Source: Myxococcales bacterium
GTDB lineage: Bacteria; Myxococcota; UBA727; VGSZ01
Assembly (NCBI GenBank): GCA_023248635.1
Contig: JAHFED010000033.1
Coordinates: 1-63,627, forward strand
Reading direction: 5' to 3'
Length of the DNA stretch: 63,627 bases
Shown here one piece after another: positions 50,394-61,869 of the stretch (its first letter is position 1; each line of letters starts with the position of its first letter). The notes under the pieces were generated by a model. It saw only the letters and a program-made list of their open reading frames with translations. It had not been told where the DNA came from and did no database searches. The position numbers were made by a program, and so were the translations under genes.

Positions 50394-50984
50394 ATGCTGG
50401 ATCTCAAAGCCAAGCTCCTCGCCGCTGGCGTCGTCACTGCCGCGCAGGTCAAGAAGGTCGAAGACGAAGAGGCCAGCAAGAAGGCCCGTCAGCAGCAGCG
50501 GCGCGAGCCCCGCCCGGAGCCTCGGGTCGCCAAGAAAGACGAGGACGACGACGACGAAAAGCGCGCCCGCCGCGAGCACGAATGGAACGAGTCCCAGCGC
50601 TGGCGCAAGCGGCTCGATCAGTTGAAGTTGGCTGGCAAGAGCGAGCAATACGAGGCCGTGCGCGGCTGGGTGATGAAGGACCGGCTCGACAACAAACAGA
50701 TCACCGAAGCCGCCGTGCGCTTCCACTACGTCAAAGACGACGGCGCCGTCGCCCACCTCACCGTCGAGCCCGAGGTGCAACTGCAGCTCACCCAGGGCAG
50801 CGCCGCCCTCGTGGCCTTCATGGGCTACAACGGCATCGAGCACGCCGTGGTTCCCAAAGACGTGGCCGACGACGTGCGCGTGGTGCGACCCGACTGGTTG
50901 CGCCTTCTGGTCGGCGTCACCGATCTCGAGCCGCCGACGTCGACGCTGACGCCCGAAGCTCCTCAGGAAGTGCCGCCCACGTGA
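50394..50984 (+). CDS. DUF2058-like protein (N-terminal MLDLKAKLLAAGVV...KKxE motif, acidic/basic middle)
   Basis: The N-terminus resembles DUF2058/YaiL-type proteins (M..L..QLLKAGLV..KK). Charged coiled region followed by a conserved C-terminal domain. Confidence 0.45.
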   Translation: MLDLKAKLLAAGVVTAAQVKKVEDEEASKKARQQQRREPRPEPRVAKKDEDDDDEKRARREHEWNESQRWRKRLDQLKLAGKSEQYEAVRGWVMKDRLDNKQITEAAVRFHYVKDDGAVAHLTVEPEVQLQLTQGSAALVAFMGYNGIEHAVVPKDVADDVRVVRPDWLRLLVGVTDLEPPTSTLTPEAPQEVPPT

Positions 50985-51775
50985 TCGCCTTCTTCTTCAG
51001 TCTCGCACTGCAAGCCGGTGACCCGCCGCCCCCCGCCGCGCCCCGCCCCGTCGAGGAGCCCGACGCCGAAGCACAGGACGACGACGACGGCGCCGCCGCC
51101 GAGAGCGATGAGAGCGACGAGGGCGAAGACCAGGACGAAGAAAAAAGCCCGCGGCCACGACGTCGACCGCGGGCGCGACTGCCGGGTCCCGATGCCCTCG
51201 ACGACGACACCTTCACGCCGGTGTTTTGGGGGGCGAACACGGGCTGTGCGCTGGGTGGGGTGTTGCCGGCCACGGGCGCCACCTTCGGCCTCGGCTTGTT
51301 CTACGGAGCGGGCGCCTGTGGCGACGTCGCTGGGGCCGTCGGCGGGCTCAGCGGTGCGCTCATCGCCATTCCCTCGCTGCTGGTGTTGGGTCCCTGTGCC
51401 GCGGGGGGCGCCACTCTCGGGGCCTCGATGGGCGCTGTGCTCTCCGCGCAGGATCCCGTCACCGCCGCTCTGTGGACCCTGCCGGGCATCGGCATGGGCG
51501 TGGCCGGTGGAGCGGTGGCCACCGCCGGCGTGCTGGTGACGTCGACGACGGATCCTGAGTTGCGTCAGGTCGCCCTCCCCTTGGGAACGACGCTGGTGAT
51601 CATCGGCAGTGCTGCAGCCTTGGCGGCGGGACCTCTGGCCGTCGCCGGCGCGACCATCACCCAAGAGCCCTGGGAGTTCGACGTCGACGCCGCTGACACC
51701 CAGCGCCTGCGGGACGGCGGCGTCGAAGCGCGTCATTTCAGCGCACCAGCGACGCCCACAGCGATGGCGTTTTAG
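50981..51775 (+). CDS. hypothetical Gly/Ala-rich membrane protein
   Basis: GTG start overlaps the upstream stop. Acidic linker, then Gly/Ala-rich hydrophobic segments. Weak call; different frame from the junk ORF 50372..51775. Confidence 0.3.
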   Translation: MIAFFFSLALQAGDPPPPAAPRPVEEPDAEAQDDDDGAAAESDESDEGEDQDEEKSPRPRRRPRARLPGPDALDDDTFTPVFWGANTGCALGGVLPATGATFGLGLFYGAGACGDVAGAVGGLSGALIAIPSLLVLGPCAAGGATLGASMGAVLSAQDPVTAALWTLPGIGMGVAGGAVATAGVLVTSTTDPELRQVALPLGTTLVIIGSAAALAAGPLAVAGATITQEPWEFDVDAADTQRLRDGGVEARHFSAPATPTAMAF

Positions 51776-51797
51776 GCGTCCAAGGTTTGTGGCGGGA

Positions 51798-52253
51798 TCA
51801 ACGTTGGATGCCGTTGAGGCAATCGACGGCACAGAGGGTGGCGTCGTCGAAGGTGCTGCGCGGCTCGCAGGATTCTCCTTTGTCGGCCTCGCAGAGAAAG
51901 CCCAGGGTGCAGTCGAAGAATTGACCCGTGGGCTGACGGTTGTTGTCGAGAACGGGGCAGCTGATTTCCTTGAGGCAGTCGACGTCGCTCAGGCAACGCT
52001 CGACCCCGCAGCGGGCCTTGGCGGCGTACTCGGCGCAGATGTTTTCGCAGGAGAAGGAGTCGAAGGCCTCTTCGCAGGTCTCGGTCTTGCCATCGCAGCG
52101 AAAGGCGACGTCGCAGTCGAGGCGGTTGTCGGTGATCTCGTTGAGGCACTCGCAGCTGCGGATGCAATTGGCAGCCTTTTCACAAGGGCGCTTGCAGCCC
52201 ACCGACCACAGGCACAGCGCGACGACGACGATGACGACAGCGTTTGAGCGCAT
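51798..52253 (-). CDS. Cys-rich secreted lipoprotein (20 Cys in 151 aa)
   Basis: Signal/lipobox VVVALCLWSVGC, then regularly spaced Cys (CxxxxNC...CEC...C). ATG at 52253. Confidence 0.45.
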   Translation of the reverse strand: MRSNAVVIVVVALCLWSVGCKRPCEKAANCIRSCECLNEITDNRLDCDVAFRCDGKTETCEEAFDSFSCENICAEYAAKARCGVERCLSDVDCLKEISCPVLDNNRQPTGQFFDCTLGFLCEADKGESCEPRSTFDDATLCAVDCLNGIQR

Positions 52254-52278
52254 GGGGGCGTCGTGCCATGGCGAGGGC

Positions 52279-52665
52279 ATGGAGACAACGCGGGCCCGGG
52301 CACTGCTGGGGTTGGTGGTCGGCGCCGTCGTCGTCGGACTCCTGCTGTCTTGGCCTCGATCGGGAGCCGTGCCGGCAGCCTGCGCGCATCCGGGCCTGCG
52401 GGCGGGGATACTGGTGTGCGGCACAGGCGAACCCTTGGGCGACCGGGCGTGGCTCTTGGGCCAAAAGATCGATCTGAACCACGCCGACGCCCGCGCCCTC
52501 GAGCGCATCTCGGGGATTGGACCCGCCCTGGCTGCCAAGATCATCGCCGAGCGCGACCGGCGGGGTGGTTTTGCCAGCATCAAAGACGTGGACGACGTCG
52601 ACGGCGTGGGTCCCAAGCTGCTCGAGAAGCTGAGCGCGGTGGTCGAGGTCGCCTCGCCTCAGTGA
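52279..52665 (+). CDS. comEA: ComEA-family helix-hairpin-helix DNA-binding protein
   Basis: N-terminal TM anchor plus tandem HhH: IDLNHADARALERISGIGPALAAKIIAERDRRGGFASIKDVDDVDGVGPKLLEKL. Confidence 0.7.
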   Translation: METTRARALLGLVVGAVVVGLLLSWPRSGAVPAACAHPGLRAGILVCGTGEPLGDRAWLLGQKIDLNHADARALERISGIGPALAAKIIAERDRRGGFASIKDVDDVDGVGPKLLEKLSAVVEVASPQ

Positions 52666-54098
52666 GAGGATTGGGCGCGGGCGTTCCACACGCGCAGGCA
52701 CAGCGCCAGGCCGATGACAGCGACGGGGACCATGGCGATGGGCCAGTTGATCCAGTTGGCGGGATCCTTGGCGGCGTCGCCCTCCGGCAGCACGCTGCCG
52801 ACGATGAGCGATTGCAGGCCGGTGCCCAAATAGACGAAGCCGTCGATGACGCCGACGGCGACGCCGGTGTTCTTGCGGCCGCCGAAGTCCGCGCTGGCGG
52901 TGCCCGACAGCATGCCGTGCACCCCGACGTAGTTCAGCGCCATGAACACCAGGATGAGGCCGACCCAGGGCATCTCGAGGCAGAAGAACATGCCCACCGC
53001 TCCGACGGTGATGCCAGCGTAGAGCACCGTTGCCACCGGTCCGCGTCGAGAGTGAAAGACCTTGTCCGAGATGATGCCGGCGAACATGCCGCCGACGATC
53101 CCAAAGACGCACAACAACATGCCCCAGTTGTCAGAGACGAAGCCGCCAATGGTGAGGTCGGCGTCGGGTGCACTGAGCAGTCCTGTTGCTTTGGCAAATT
53201 TTGGATACCAGGACATCACGCCGTTGCGCAGAAAGCCGGTGCAAAATTCGATAGCGACGATGGTCATGATCACTGGATTTTTCAGCATCTTGACGAAGAC
53301 GTCGACGGCGGAGGGGGGCCGGGTATCCGCGGGCTCATGGGACGAAGCGTCGCCGACGTCGAAGTCAGCATGGCCCGCGTCTTTGGGGGAGTCGCGCACG
53401 GTGAGAAAGCCCACCACGCAGATGCCGAGGAGCACCGCCGCCGGCACAAAGAAAGCAAGCCACGGCGACGACGGCGCCGCCTTCACGATCATCTTGCTCC
53501 AGTCGTAGCCGAAGTAGATGCCGAGGCTGATCAGAATACCGAAGACGCCGCCCTGCACGCCCCGCTCGCGCACATGAAACCAGGCCGCGTTGACCTTGAC
53601 GATCGACACCGCGCCGAAGCTCTGGAAGTACATGTTGACGCCATAAAGCACCGACATCCACAGCACGAGGCCGCCGGGGGGACGAAAGCCGTCGTCGACG
53701 ACGGCCCAGGCCAAGATCCCCAGCAAGATGTTGGCGACGGCCGATCCGGCGGTGGCCAGCAAGATGGTGAAACGTCCGCCCAGCTTGTCGGTGAGGGGGC
53801 CGTTGATCAAAAAGGACACGCCATAAGACCAGGCGCCGACGGCGAAGATCGTTCCGAAGGCGGCGTTGTCGACGAGCTTGCCGAGCGCCGTTGTTGCTTC
53901 GTTGATGTTGTAGCGACCAAAATACAAGAATGCGTACATCAATCCGAGAGGAAACCAATTCAAGAAACGACGTTTCTTGAAGGATTCAGAATGGCCGATG
54001 TCGACCTTGGGCATGCGCCACAAGACGAAGCCGACGACGACGAGCAGCATGAAGATCGGCGTTGCCTTGTCGATCGATACGGACATCCAAAGGGGCAT
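52659..54098 (-). CDS. MFS transporter, likely organophosphate:Pi antiporter (OPA/GlpT-UhpT-like) family
   Basis: 12-TM MFS with an N-terminal LYFGRYNIN-type region and GR motifs in loops 2-3 and 8-9. The subfamily assignment is tentative. Confidence 0.7.
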   Translation of the reverse strand: MPLWMSVSIDKATPIFMLLVVVGFVLWRMPKVDIGHSESFKKRRFLNWFPLGLMYAFLYFGRYNINEATTALGKLVDNAAFGTIFAVGAWSYGVSFLINGPLTDKLGGRFTILLATAGSAVANILLGILAWAVVDDGFRPPGGLVLWMSVLYGVNMYFQSFGAVSIVKVNAAWFHVRERGVQGGVFGILISLGIYFGYDWSKMIVKAAPSSPWLAFFVPAAVLLGICVVGFLTVRDSPKDAGHADFDVGDASSHEPADTRPPSAVDVFVKMLKNPVIMTIVAIEFCTGFLRNGVMSWYPKFAKATGLLSAPDADLTIGGFVSDNWGMLLCVFGIVGGMFAGIISDKVFHSRRGPVATVLYAGITVGAVGMFFCLEMPWVGLILVFMALNYVGVHGMLSGTASADFGGRKNTGVAVGVIDGFVYLGTGLQSLIVGSVLPEGDAAKDPANWINWPIAMVPVAVIGLALCLRVWNARAQSSH

Positions 54099-54110
54099 GG
54101 GATCTTTCGC

Positions 54111-54857
54111 TCAGGTCAGGTCGTCGACGGCGACGATGGCGGGGTGCAGCGGCGGCGGGTTGGGCGCGTGCTGGGTGTTGACGAAGACGTGCACGGCGGT
54201 GGGCCAGCGCTCTTGAAAGGCGTTGCTGTTGGCGGGCTCGTTGTCGAAGGTGCCGACGACTGTGCCGAGGGTGTCGATGAAGTCGAAGGCGGACTTCTTG
54301 AAGGCCAGATCGTCATCGTGGAAGTTGGGTTTGAGCACCACCGCGGTGCGCGCCAGGCCCACCGGAAAACCGTGGGCCCGCAGGCTCTGGCACACGCCGA
54401 TGAGCATGTTCGGCACATCGCGGCCCGAGAGGTACACGACGGTGGCGCCGGCGTCGTAGCAGCACTGGGCCAAGGCCAGCGCTCCCTGGATGGGGACGTC
54501 GTGCTGCTGATCGTCGTCGCTGAAGAAGCGGCTCTTCCAATAAGCAGCGGCGCTCTCGACGACGGCGGCATCTGTGACGCTGAGCCGGGCCAGAGTCTCT
54601 GTGAGCATGTAGGGCAAGCGCTGGCGTGGCGCAGTGTCGAGGGCGCTGCGGAGGGCGTGGTGTCCGTGGCGCTCAGCGAAGTCCACCAGGATCCGCCAAG
54701 TGCGCGGCCCGTTGTCGAAGAGGGTGCCGTCGAGGTCAAAGACCAGCACCGGCCGCGGGGTCGGGTTGCCAGGGCCCGCCTGGCCAGAGGGCATGGACCT
54801 GACCCGGGCAACGATGTCGCTCACGACGGACATGGGTCTGCCTTTGCACGACGACAC
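54111..54857 (-). CDS. HAD-superfamily hydrolase
   Basis: Motif I VFDLDGTLFDN, motif II S/T (YLSGR), motif III K, and motif IV GTFDNEP. An alternative start at 54833 is possible. Confidence 0.7.
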   Translation of the reverse strand: MSSCKGRPMSVVSDIVARVRSMPSGQAGPGNPTPRPVLVFDLDGTLFDNGPRTWRILVDFAERHGHHALRSALDTAPRQRLPYMLTETLARLSVTDAAVVESAAAYWKSRFFSDDDQQHDVPIQGALALAQCCYDAGATVVYLSGRDVPNMLIGVCQSLRAHGFPVGLARTAVVLKPNFHDDDLAFKKSAFDFIDTLGTVVGTFDNEPANSNAFQERWPTAVHVFVNTQHAPNPPPLHPAIVAVDDLT

Positions 54858-55075
54858 GACTGGTCAACTCGGTCGTCGTTTGGTCCATCTGCGGGTCTCA
54901 TCCCGCGTCCGATTGATGTTCGACCACGTTCTGAGATGGGAAAGACGCGGGATGATGCGCGTGGAGCGTGCCCGCGGAACGCGGAGTTGGTGGGGGGCCC
55001 CGCGTCCGGCTCCGCCGGCGCGGGGGCGCGGGGGGAGGTCTGCACCAGACCTCCCAGAAGGGCATCCCCGACGGC

Positions 55076-55110
55076 TCTGAACGAGACCGCTCCGCGGTCG
55101 AAGTTCAGAG
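55076..55110 (-). terminator. GC-rich hairpin just downstream of the fadN-like stop (candidate intrinsic terminator; second hairpin at 55036-55057)
   Basis: tctgaacgagaccgc-tcc-gcggtcgaagttcaga (about 15-bp stem, 1 mismatch) lies 11 bp after the stop at 55121. A second hairpin is ggaggtctg-cacc-agacctcc. Neither has a U-tract, which is usual for high-GC genomes. Confidence 0.4.
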
Positions 55111-55120
55111 AGATCGGGGA

Positions 55121-57520
<2,400 letters not shown>

Positions 57521-57656
57521 CGTTGGCTCCCTGGGAGGACCTCGCTCCCGCCGCGCCTCGTACCAAGCCCGCTCCCCGTCGACGAGGGTGAAAAAACCCG
57601 AGCGGAAAAAAGAACGGCGCACGTCGCGCCGCTCCTCTTTGGGGTGAGGGGAGGCC

Positions 57657-57941
57657 CTAGGCCGGAGTCCGACGACGCGTGCCCCGCTGCAGCAGCTGGG
57701 CGGCCGCAATCACCACGACGGCGCCGACCAGGGAGACGACGACGCCGTACACGGAAATGCCTTCGTTGATGTTCGCACCCGAGAAACCCAGGGCCCGGAA
57801 CAAGAACCCACCCACGAACGCGCCGACGATGCCGACGGCGATGTTGAGGATGGTGCCCTGGCTGCTGTCGGTCTTCATCAACAGGCTCGCCAGCCACCCG
57901 ACCACGGCACCCATCACGATCCAAACCAGAAAGGAAATCAT
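57657..57941 (-). CDS. GlsB/YeaQ/YmgE-family stress-response membrane protein (transglycosylase-associated protein)
   Basis: MISFLVWIVMGAVVGWLASLLMK...GIVGAFVGGFLF...GVVVSLVGAVVVIA; three-TM YeaQ pattern. Confidence 0.7.
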   Translation of the reverse strand: MISFLVWIVMGAVVGWLASLLMKTDSSQGTILNIAVGIVGAFVGGFLFRALGFSGANINEGISVYGVVVSLVGAVVVIAAAQLLQRGTRRRTPA

Positions 57942-58231
57942 GTCGTCCTCCAAGTGAGAGCTCGGTCTGCACGACGAGAAGCAGGAGGCATGCCTCCCGA
58001 GAGAAAGACAGCCATCGTCGACGTCGTTTCACCGGGCTGGGCCAGCGGCTGGATCGTAGACGCAGTCGTCGTCGTCGACGACGCTGCCAACCCGTCCCAC
58101 TCCGCAGGGGTGCCCCAGCGTTTCTGACGCCTGAGCTGGTCCTGGCGGAGCGATCGTCGACGTCGTGGCGGCCCTGGAAACCCTGCGGCTGGCTGCTGCT
58201 TTGCATTTGGGAAAACCGTCTGGAGGACAAC

Positions 58232-58408
58232 ATGCGGAGCAACGGTAGCAGCGACACCCGCGTCCCCCCGCCCGTGGCAGCAGCCCTCACCGCGGCAGTG
58301 CGCGTGCGCACCCTCGCAAAACGGCACCCTTGGGCCTTCGTCGCTGGCGTCGCCGTCACTGGCTTCGTGCTCGGTCGTCTTCTGGCGCGCCTGTGGAGAT
58401 CCCGCTGA
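58232..58408 (+). CDS. small membrane-anchored protein, DUF883 (ElaB/YqjD/YgaM) C-terminal-like
   Basis: 58-aa ORF, below the track cutoff. Preceded by GGAGG 6 nt upstream. The C-terminus HPWAFVAGVAVTGFVLGRLLARLWRSR resembles the ElaB/YqjD tail. It may be longer with a non-ATG start. Confidence 0.35.
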   Translation: MRSNGSSDTRVPPPVAAALTAAVRVRTLAKRHPWAFVAGVAVTGFVLGRLLARLWRSR

Positions 58409-58494
58409 ACGCTGCACTTCCTCCGGTCCCCGCACGCGCGACGTCGTCGAGGGCTGGCCTGACCACGTCGAACCTGACGCCTACGGAGAGCCCC

Positions 58495-58788
58495 ATGAAC
58501 GCCCCCAATGTCGACGCCCTCTTTCACCGCTTTGGCTACGCCCCTTTGCGCAGCACCCAAAGCGAGCTGGTGCGCGCTCTTGGTTTCGTCGCCCTTGGCG
58601 CCGTGGCTGGCGCCGTCGTCGTCGCCCTCGTCACGCCCAAGAGCGGCCCCCAGTTGCGCTCCTCTTTGGCCGAGGGCGCCGGCCAGCTGAAGGACCGCGC
58701 CGGATCCATGAGGGCCCGCATCGCGGCCAAGGGCAAAGACGCCGTCGACCTGCGCGAGCCCTCCGACGAGCAGCTGGGCCGCCTCTGA
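58495..58788 (+). CDS. YtxH-like small membrane protein
   Basis: GFVALGAVAGAVVVALVTPKSGPQLRSSLAEGAGQLKDRA matches the YtxH pattern (TM helix followed by APKSGxELR). Confidence 0.4.
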   Translation: MNAPNVDALFHRFGYAPLRSTQSELVRALGFVALGAVAGAVVVALVTPKSGPQLRSSLAEGAGQLKDRAGSMRARIAAKGKDAVDLREPSDEQLGRL

Positions 58789-58941
58789 TCAGGCGCGCAG
58801 GGTCGCTTCTCGGGAGTGCGCCTTCCGCGACACCAAGACGGATCGATGACGAGCACAAGCTCGGTGGCGCGCTTCTTTGTGGCGTAATAGAGGGTGAGGG
58901 CGTCGTCGGACCACGACGACGGCGGCCCTTTGCCTGAGGTC

Positions 58942-59235
58942 ATGATGGCGGCGACGACAAGCTCAGCGCAGGAGCCCCCCAGCTTCGAGGCGGCCCTGGC
59001 CCAGTTGGAATCCGTCGTCGTGCGCCTCGAGCGCGGCGAGCTCTCCCTCGAGGACAGTCTCACGGCTTACGAGGAGGGCGTGCGCCTGGTGCAGGCCGCC
59101 AAGGCCCGCCTCGATGGCATGCAATCGAGGCTCGAGCAGCTGCTGCACGACGGCAAGACCGGTCCGCTGTCGACGTCGGCAGCGGCGTCCTCGCCGGACG
59201 AGGCCAAGACAGACAAGACGAGCCGCAGCCCGTGA
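58942..59235 (+). CDS. xseB: exodeoxyribonuclease VII small subunit
   Basis: FEAALAQLESVVVRLERGELSLEDSLTAYEEGVRLVQAAKARLDGMQSRLEQL is the XseB helical hairpin. Start ATG 58942. Confidence 0.75.
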   Translation: MMAATTSSAQEPPSFEAALAQLESVVVRLERGELSLEDSLTAYEEGVRLVQAAKARLDGMQSRLEQLLHDGKTGPLSTSAAASSPDEAKTDKTSRSP

Positions 59236-60149
59236 CCCTTCCGCCGGTGGACCTCGCTGAGCTTGCAAGTTGGCGCGCCCTGATCGAGCGGGCCCTGCAA
59301 GAATTCGTCGATGACCACTGCGACGTCGATGGCACCCGACCTCCCGGGCGCTTGCGGGACGCCATGGCCCACGCCCTGCTCGGGGGGGGCAAGAGGCTGA
59401 GGCCCCTGGTGTGCTTGAGCGTCGCTGGCGTGCTGGGCGAAGGCGACGACGTGAGTTGCGCCCTGCCCGCGGCGGTGGCGTTGGAGCTCGTTCACACCTA
59501 CTCGTTGGTACACGACGACTTGCCGGCCCTCGACGACGATGACCTGCGGCGCGGCCGTCCCACCCTGCACAAGGCCTTCGACGAGGCCACCGCGGTGCTC
59601 GCCGGCGATGGGCTGCTCACCGACGCCTTCGCCGTGCTCGCGGGGGCTCGACACCACGCCGCGCGGCAGATCGAGGAGCTCGCGCGCGCAGCCGGCAGCG
59701 CCGGCATGGTCGGCGGCCAGCACGATGACATGCGCAACGAAGGACGGTCGTTGTCGTCGTCAGAGCCTTCTTTGCGCGAAGTGCACCGCCGCAAGACCGG
59801 GCGCTTGTTCGCTGCCGCCGCAGCCACTGGGGCCCTGGCCGTCGATCGCTTGGCGGTCGTCGACGACGCCCGGCGTTTCGGCCAGCTGCTCGGCTTTGCC
59901 TTCCAGGTGCAAGACGATGTGCTCGATGTCGAGGGCGACGTCGAAAAGAGCGGCAAGGTGCGGGGCCGGGATCAAAAGCACGACAAGCTCACCTACGTGC
60001 GCACCTTGGGCCTAGCGGGAGCCAAGGCCCTGGCCCTGCAAGCCGGCGAAGAAGCCGCCGCCGCCGCCGTCGTCGTCGGCGAAAAAGCGCAGCGCGATCC
60101 TGCCTTGCTGCTGCGCCTCGCCCGCTTCGCCGCCAGCCGCACCCACTAG
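59232..60149 (+). CDS. ispA: polyprenyl diphosphate synthase (farnesyl/geranylgeranyl diphosphate synthase)
   Basis: First DDxxD motif with extended FARM (LVHDDLPALDDDDLRRGRPTLH) and second DDxxD (FQVQDDVLDV). Its start overlaps the xseB stop. The classic xseB-ispA arrangement. Confidence 0.8.
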   Translation: MTLPPVDLAELASWRALIERALQEFVDDHCDVDGTRPPGRLRDAMAHALLGGGKRLRPLVCLSVAGVLGEGDDVSCALPAAVALELVHTYSLVHDDLPALDDDDLRRGRPTLHKAFDEATAVLAGDGLLTDAFAVLAGARHHAARQIEELARAAGSAGMVGGQHDDMRNEGRSLSSSEPSLREVHRRKTGRLFAAAAATGALAVDRLAVVDDARRFGQLLGFAFQVQDDVLDVEGDVEKSGKVRGRDQKHDKLTYVRTLGLAGAKALALQAGEEAAAAAVVVGEKAQRDPALLLRLARFAASRTH

Positions 60150-60151
60150 CC

Positions 60152-60754
60152 ATGCTCGCCGTCGTCGTCATCGCTCTCGTCGGGGCCACCCTCAGCGCGC
60201 ACAACGCCAGCCAAGGCACCAGCGCATTCCTGGTGCATAACAACGGCAAGATCGACATCGAAGTCGAGGTGCTCGAGACCGACCTCCCCGAGCTCTGCGA
60301 CGTCGAGATCAACCTCGCCGATCGGATGCGACGCCTGGCCGCCGAACAGAAGCTCGAAGAGTGCATCGCCCTGGGAATGCCCCGGTGGCTGCGCCTGCGC
60401 GTCGACGACGTCGGCTGCCGGGTCCTCGCTGGCCGTTATCGCCACGGAGCGGGCCTACAGATCGTGCTCGAGGCCGACGCCCTCTGCGACGCGCCCGCCG
60501 GCCACACCCTCACGCTGGATTGGGGCCTGTTCCAGACCTCCTATCTCGATCACCAATCGACCTCGACGCTGACCCTGCCCGACGGCACCCAGCGGCGCGC
60601 TCTGCTCAGCAAGCGCAAGAACAAGCTGAGCATCGAGATCCGCGATCCCCGCGCCTTGGCCGCCAAAGCGGCAGCAGCGACAGCCGCCGCCGTAGTCGCC
60701 GTCGTCGTGGCCCTGGGCCTGTGGCGTCGTCGCCGTCATCGTCTGCGTGCCTGA
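60152..60754 (+). CDS. hypothetical protein with N-terminal signal/TM and C-terminal TM anchor
   Basis: MLAVVVIALVGATLSA at the N-terminus; C-terminal AAAVVAVVVALGLW followed by RRRRHRLRA. Confidence 0.35.
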   Translation: MLAVVVIALVGATLSAHNASQGTSAFLVHNNGKIDIEVEVLETDLPELCDVEINLADRMRRLAAEQKLEECIALGMPRWLRLRVDDVGCRVLAGRYRHGAGLQIVLEADALCDAPAGHTLTLDWGLFQTSYLDHQSTSTLTLPDGTQRRALLSKRKNKLSIEIRDPRALAAKAAAATAAAVVAVVVALGLWRRRRHRLRA

Positions 60755-60768
60755 GTGACGTCTGGCCG

Positions 60769-61869
60769 CTACAGCAAGCGCAAGCCCGAGGCCGCGCCCA
60801 GCAGCGATCGCACTGCCGTCGACGTTCCCACGGCCTTGATCTCGCCATGGCCAAACCACTGACCCGCCGTCGATGGCGACGACGACGACGTCACCACCGT
60901 GATCTCGAAGCGCAGCTCGCGATGGGTGAGCGAACGCTCGACGACGATGGGTGCGGGAAACGACGATGGCACCGCCATGCCCCGATCGCTGAGGGCCTGC
61001 CGCCACCCTCCTTCGACGTCGCTGGTGGCTTCAATGACGACCCCCGGCGGCTCCCACAGTCCGCCGAACAAACCACCGCTCTGGCGCCGCTCCAGCCACA
61101 CCCGACCCCCCTCGTCGCGCAACACCACGCAGGCGACGCGCACGTGCTTGCGCGGCTGCTTCTTGGCCTTGACCGGCAAGAGGTGGGCACGGGCCCGCCC
61201 CGCGCAGGAGGTCGCCCACGGGCAGGCCCCACACGAGGGCGACTTCGGCGTGCACACCAGAGCGCCGAGCTCCATCAGGCCCTCGTTGATGGCGGCCGAC
61301 GACGGATGGGCATCGACCAGCTGCTGTGCTGTCTGGGTGAAGCGCTGCTTGCCGACCGGTGTGTCGATGGGCGTGTCGTCGTCGCAGAGGCGCGCGAGCA
61401 CCCGGGCGACGTTGCCGTCGAGCACCGCCACCCGCTCACCAAAGGCCAAGGACGCGACCGCCGCTGCCGTGTAGCTGCCGATGCCGGGCAAGCCCAGCAG
61501 CTCCGCGCTCGTCGACGGAAACACCCCCCCGTGGTCCCGGGCCACAGCTTGGGCTGCCTTGTGCATGTTGCGCCCACGCGCGTAGTAGCCAAGGCCCGAC
61601 CACAGCGAGAGCACCTCGTCTTCGCTGGCGGCGGCCAGGTCTTTGACGTCGGGGAAGCGCGCGACGAAGCGGAGGAAATAGTCGCTGACGACGGCGACTC
61701 GAGTTTGCTGCAACATCACTTCGGCGAGCCAGACGCGATAGGCGGTGCGGTTCGTTCGCCAGGGCAGATCTCGACGTCGCGCGTCGAACCAAGCCACCAA
61801 GCGCGCACAGAGCAGGGCGGCGGGAGCGGGACACACTGGGGGCGCCGCGGCGAGAGGAACAGAAAGCAT
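60769..61869 (-). CDS. mutY: A/G-specific adenine DNA glycosylase MutY
   Basis: HhH-GPD core (WSGLGYYARGRNMHKAA; LLGLPGIGSYTAAAVASLAFG), [4Fe-4S] Cys cluster (CTPKSPSCGACPWATSC), and a C-terminal NUDIX-like domain. Start ATG 61869. Confidence 0.85.
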   Translation of the reverse strand: MLSVPLAAAPPVCPAPAALLCARLVAWFDARRRDLPWRTNRTAYRVWLAEVMLQQTRVAVVSDYFLRFVARFPDVKDLAAASEDEVLSLWSGLGYYARGRNMHKAAQAVARDHGGVFPSTSAELLGLPGIGSYTAAAVASLAFGERVAVLDGNVARVLARLCDDDTPIDTPVGKQRFTQTAQQLVDAHPSSAAINEGLMELGALVCTPKSPSCGACPWATSCAGRARAHLLPVKAKKQPRKHVRVACVVLRDEGGRVWLERRQSGGLFGGLWEPPGVVIEATSDVEGGWRQALSDRGMAVPSSFPAPIVVERSLTHRELRFEITVVTSSSSPSTAGQWFGHGEIKAVGTSTAVRSLLGAASGLRLL

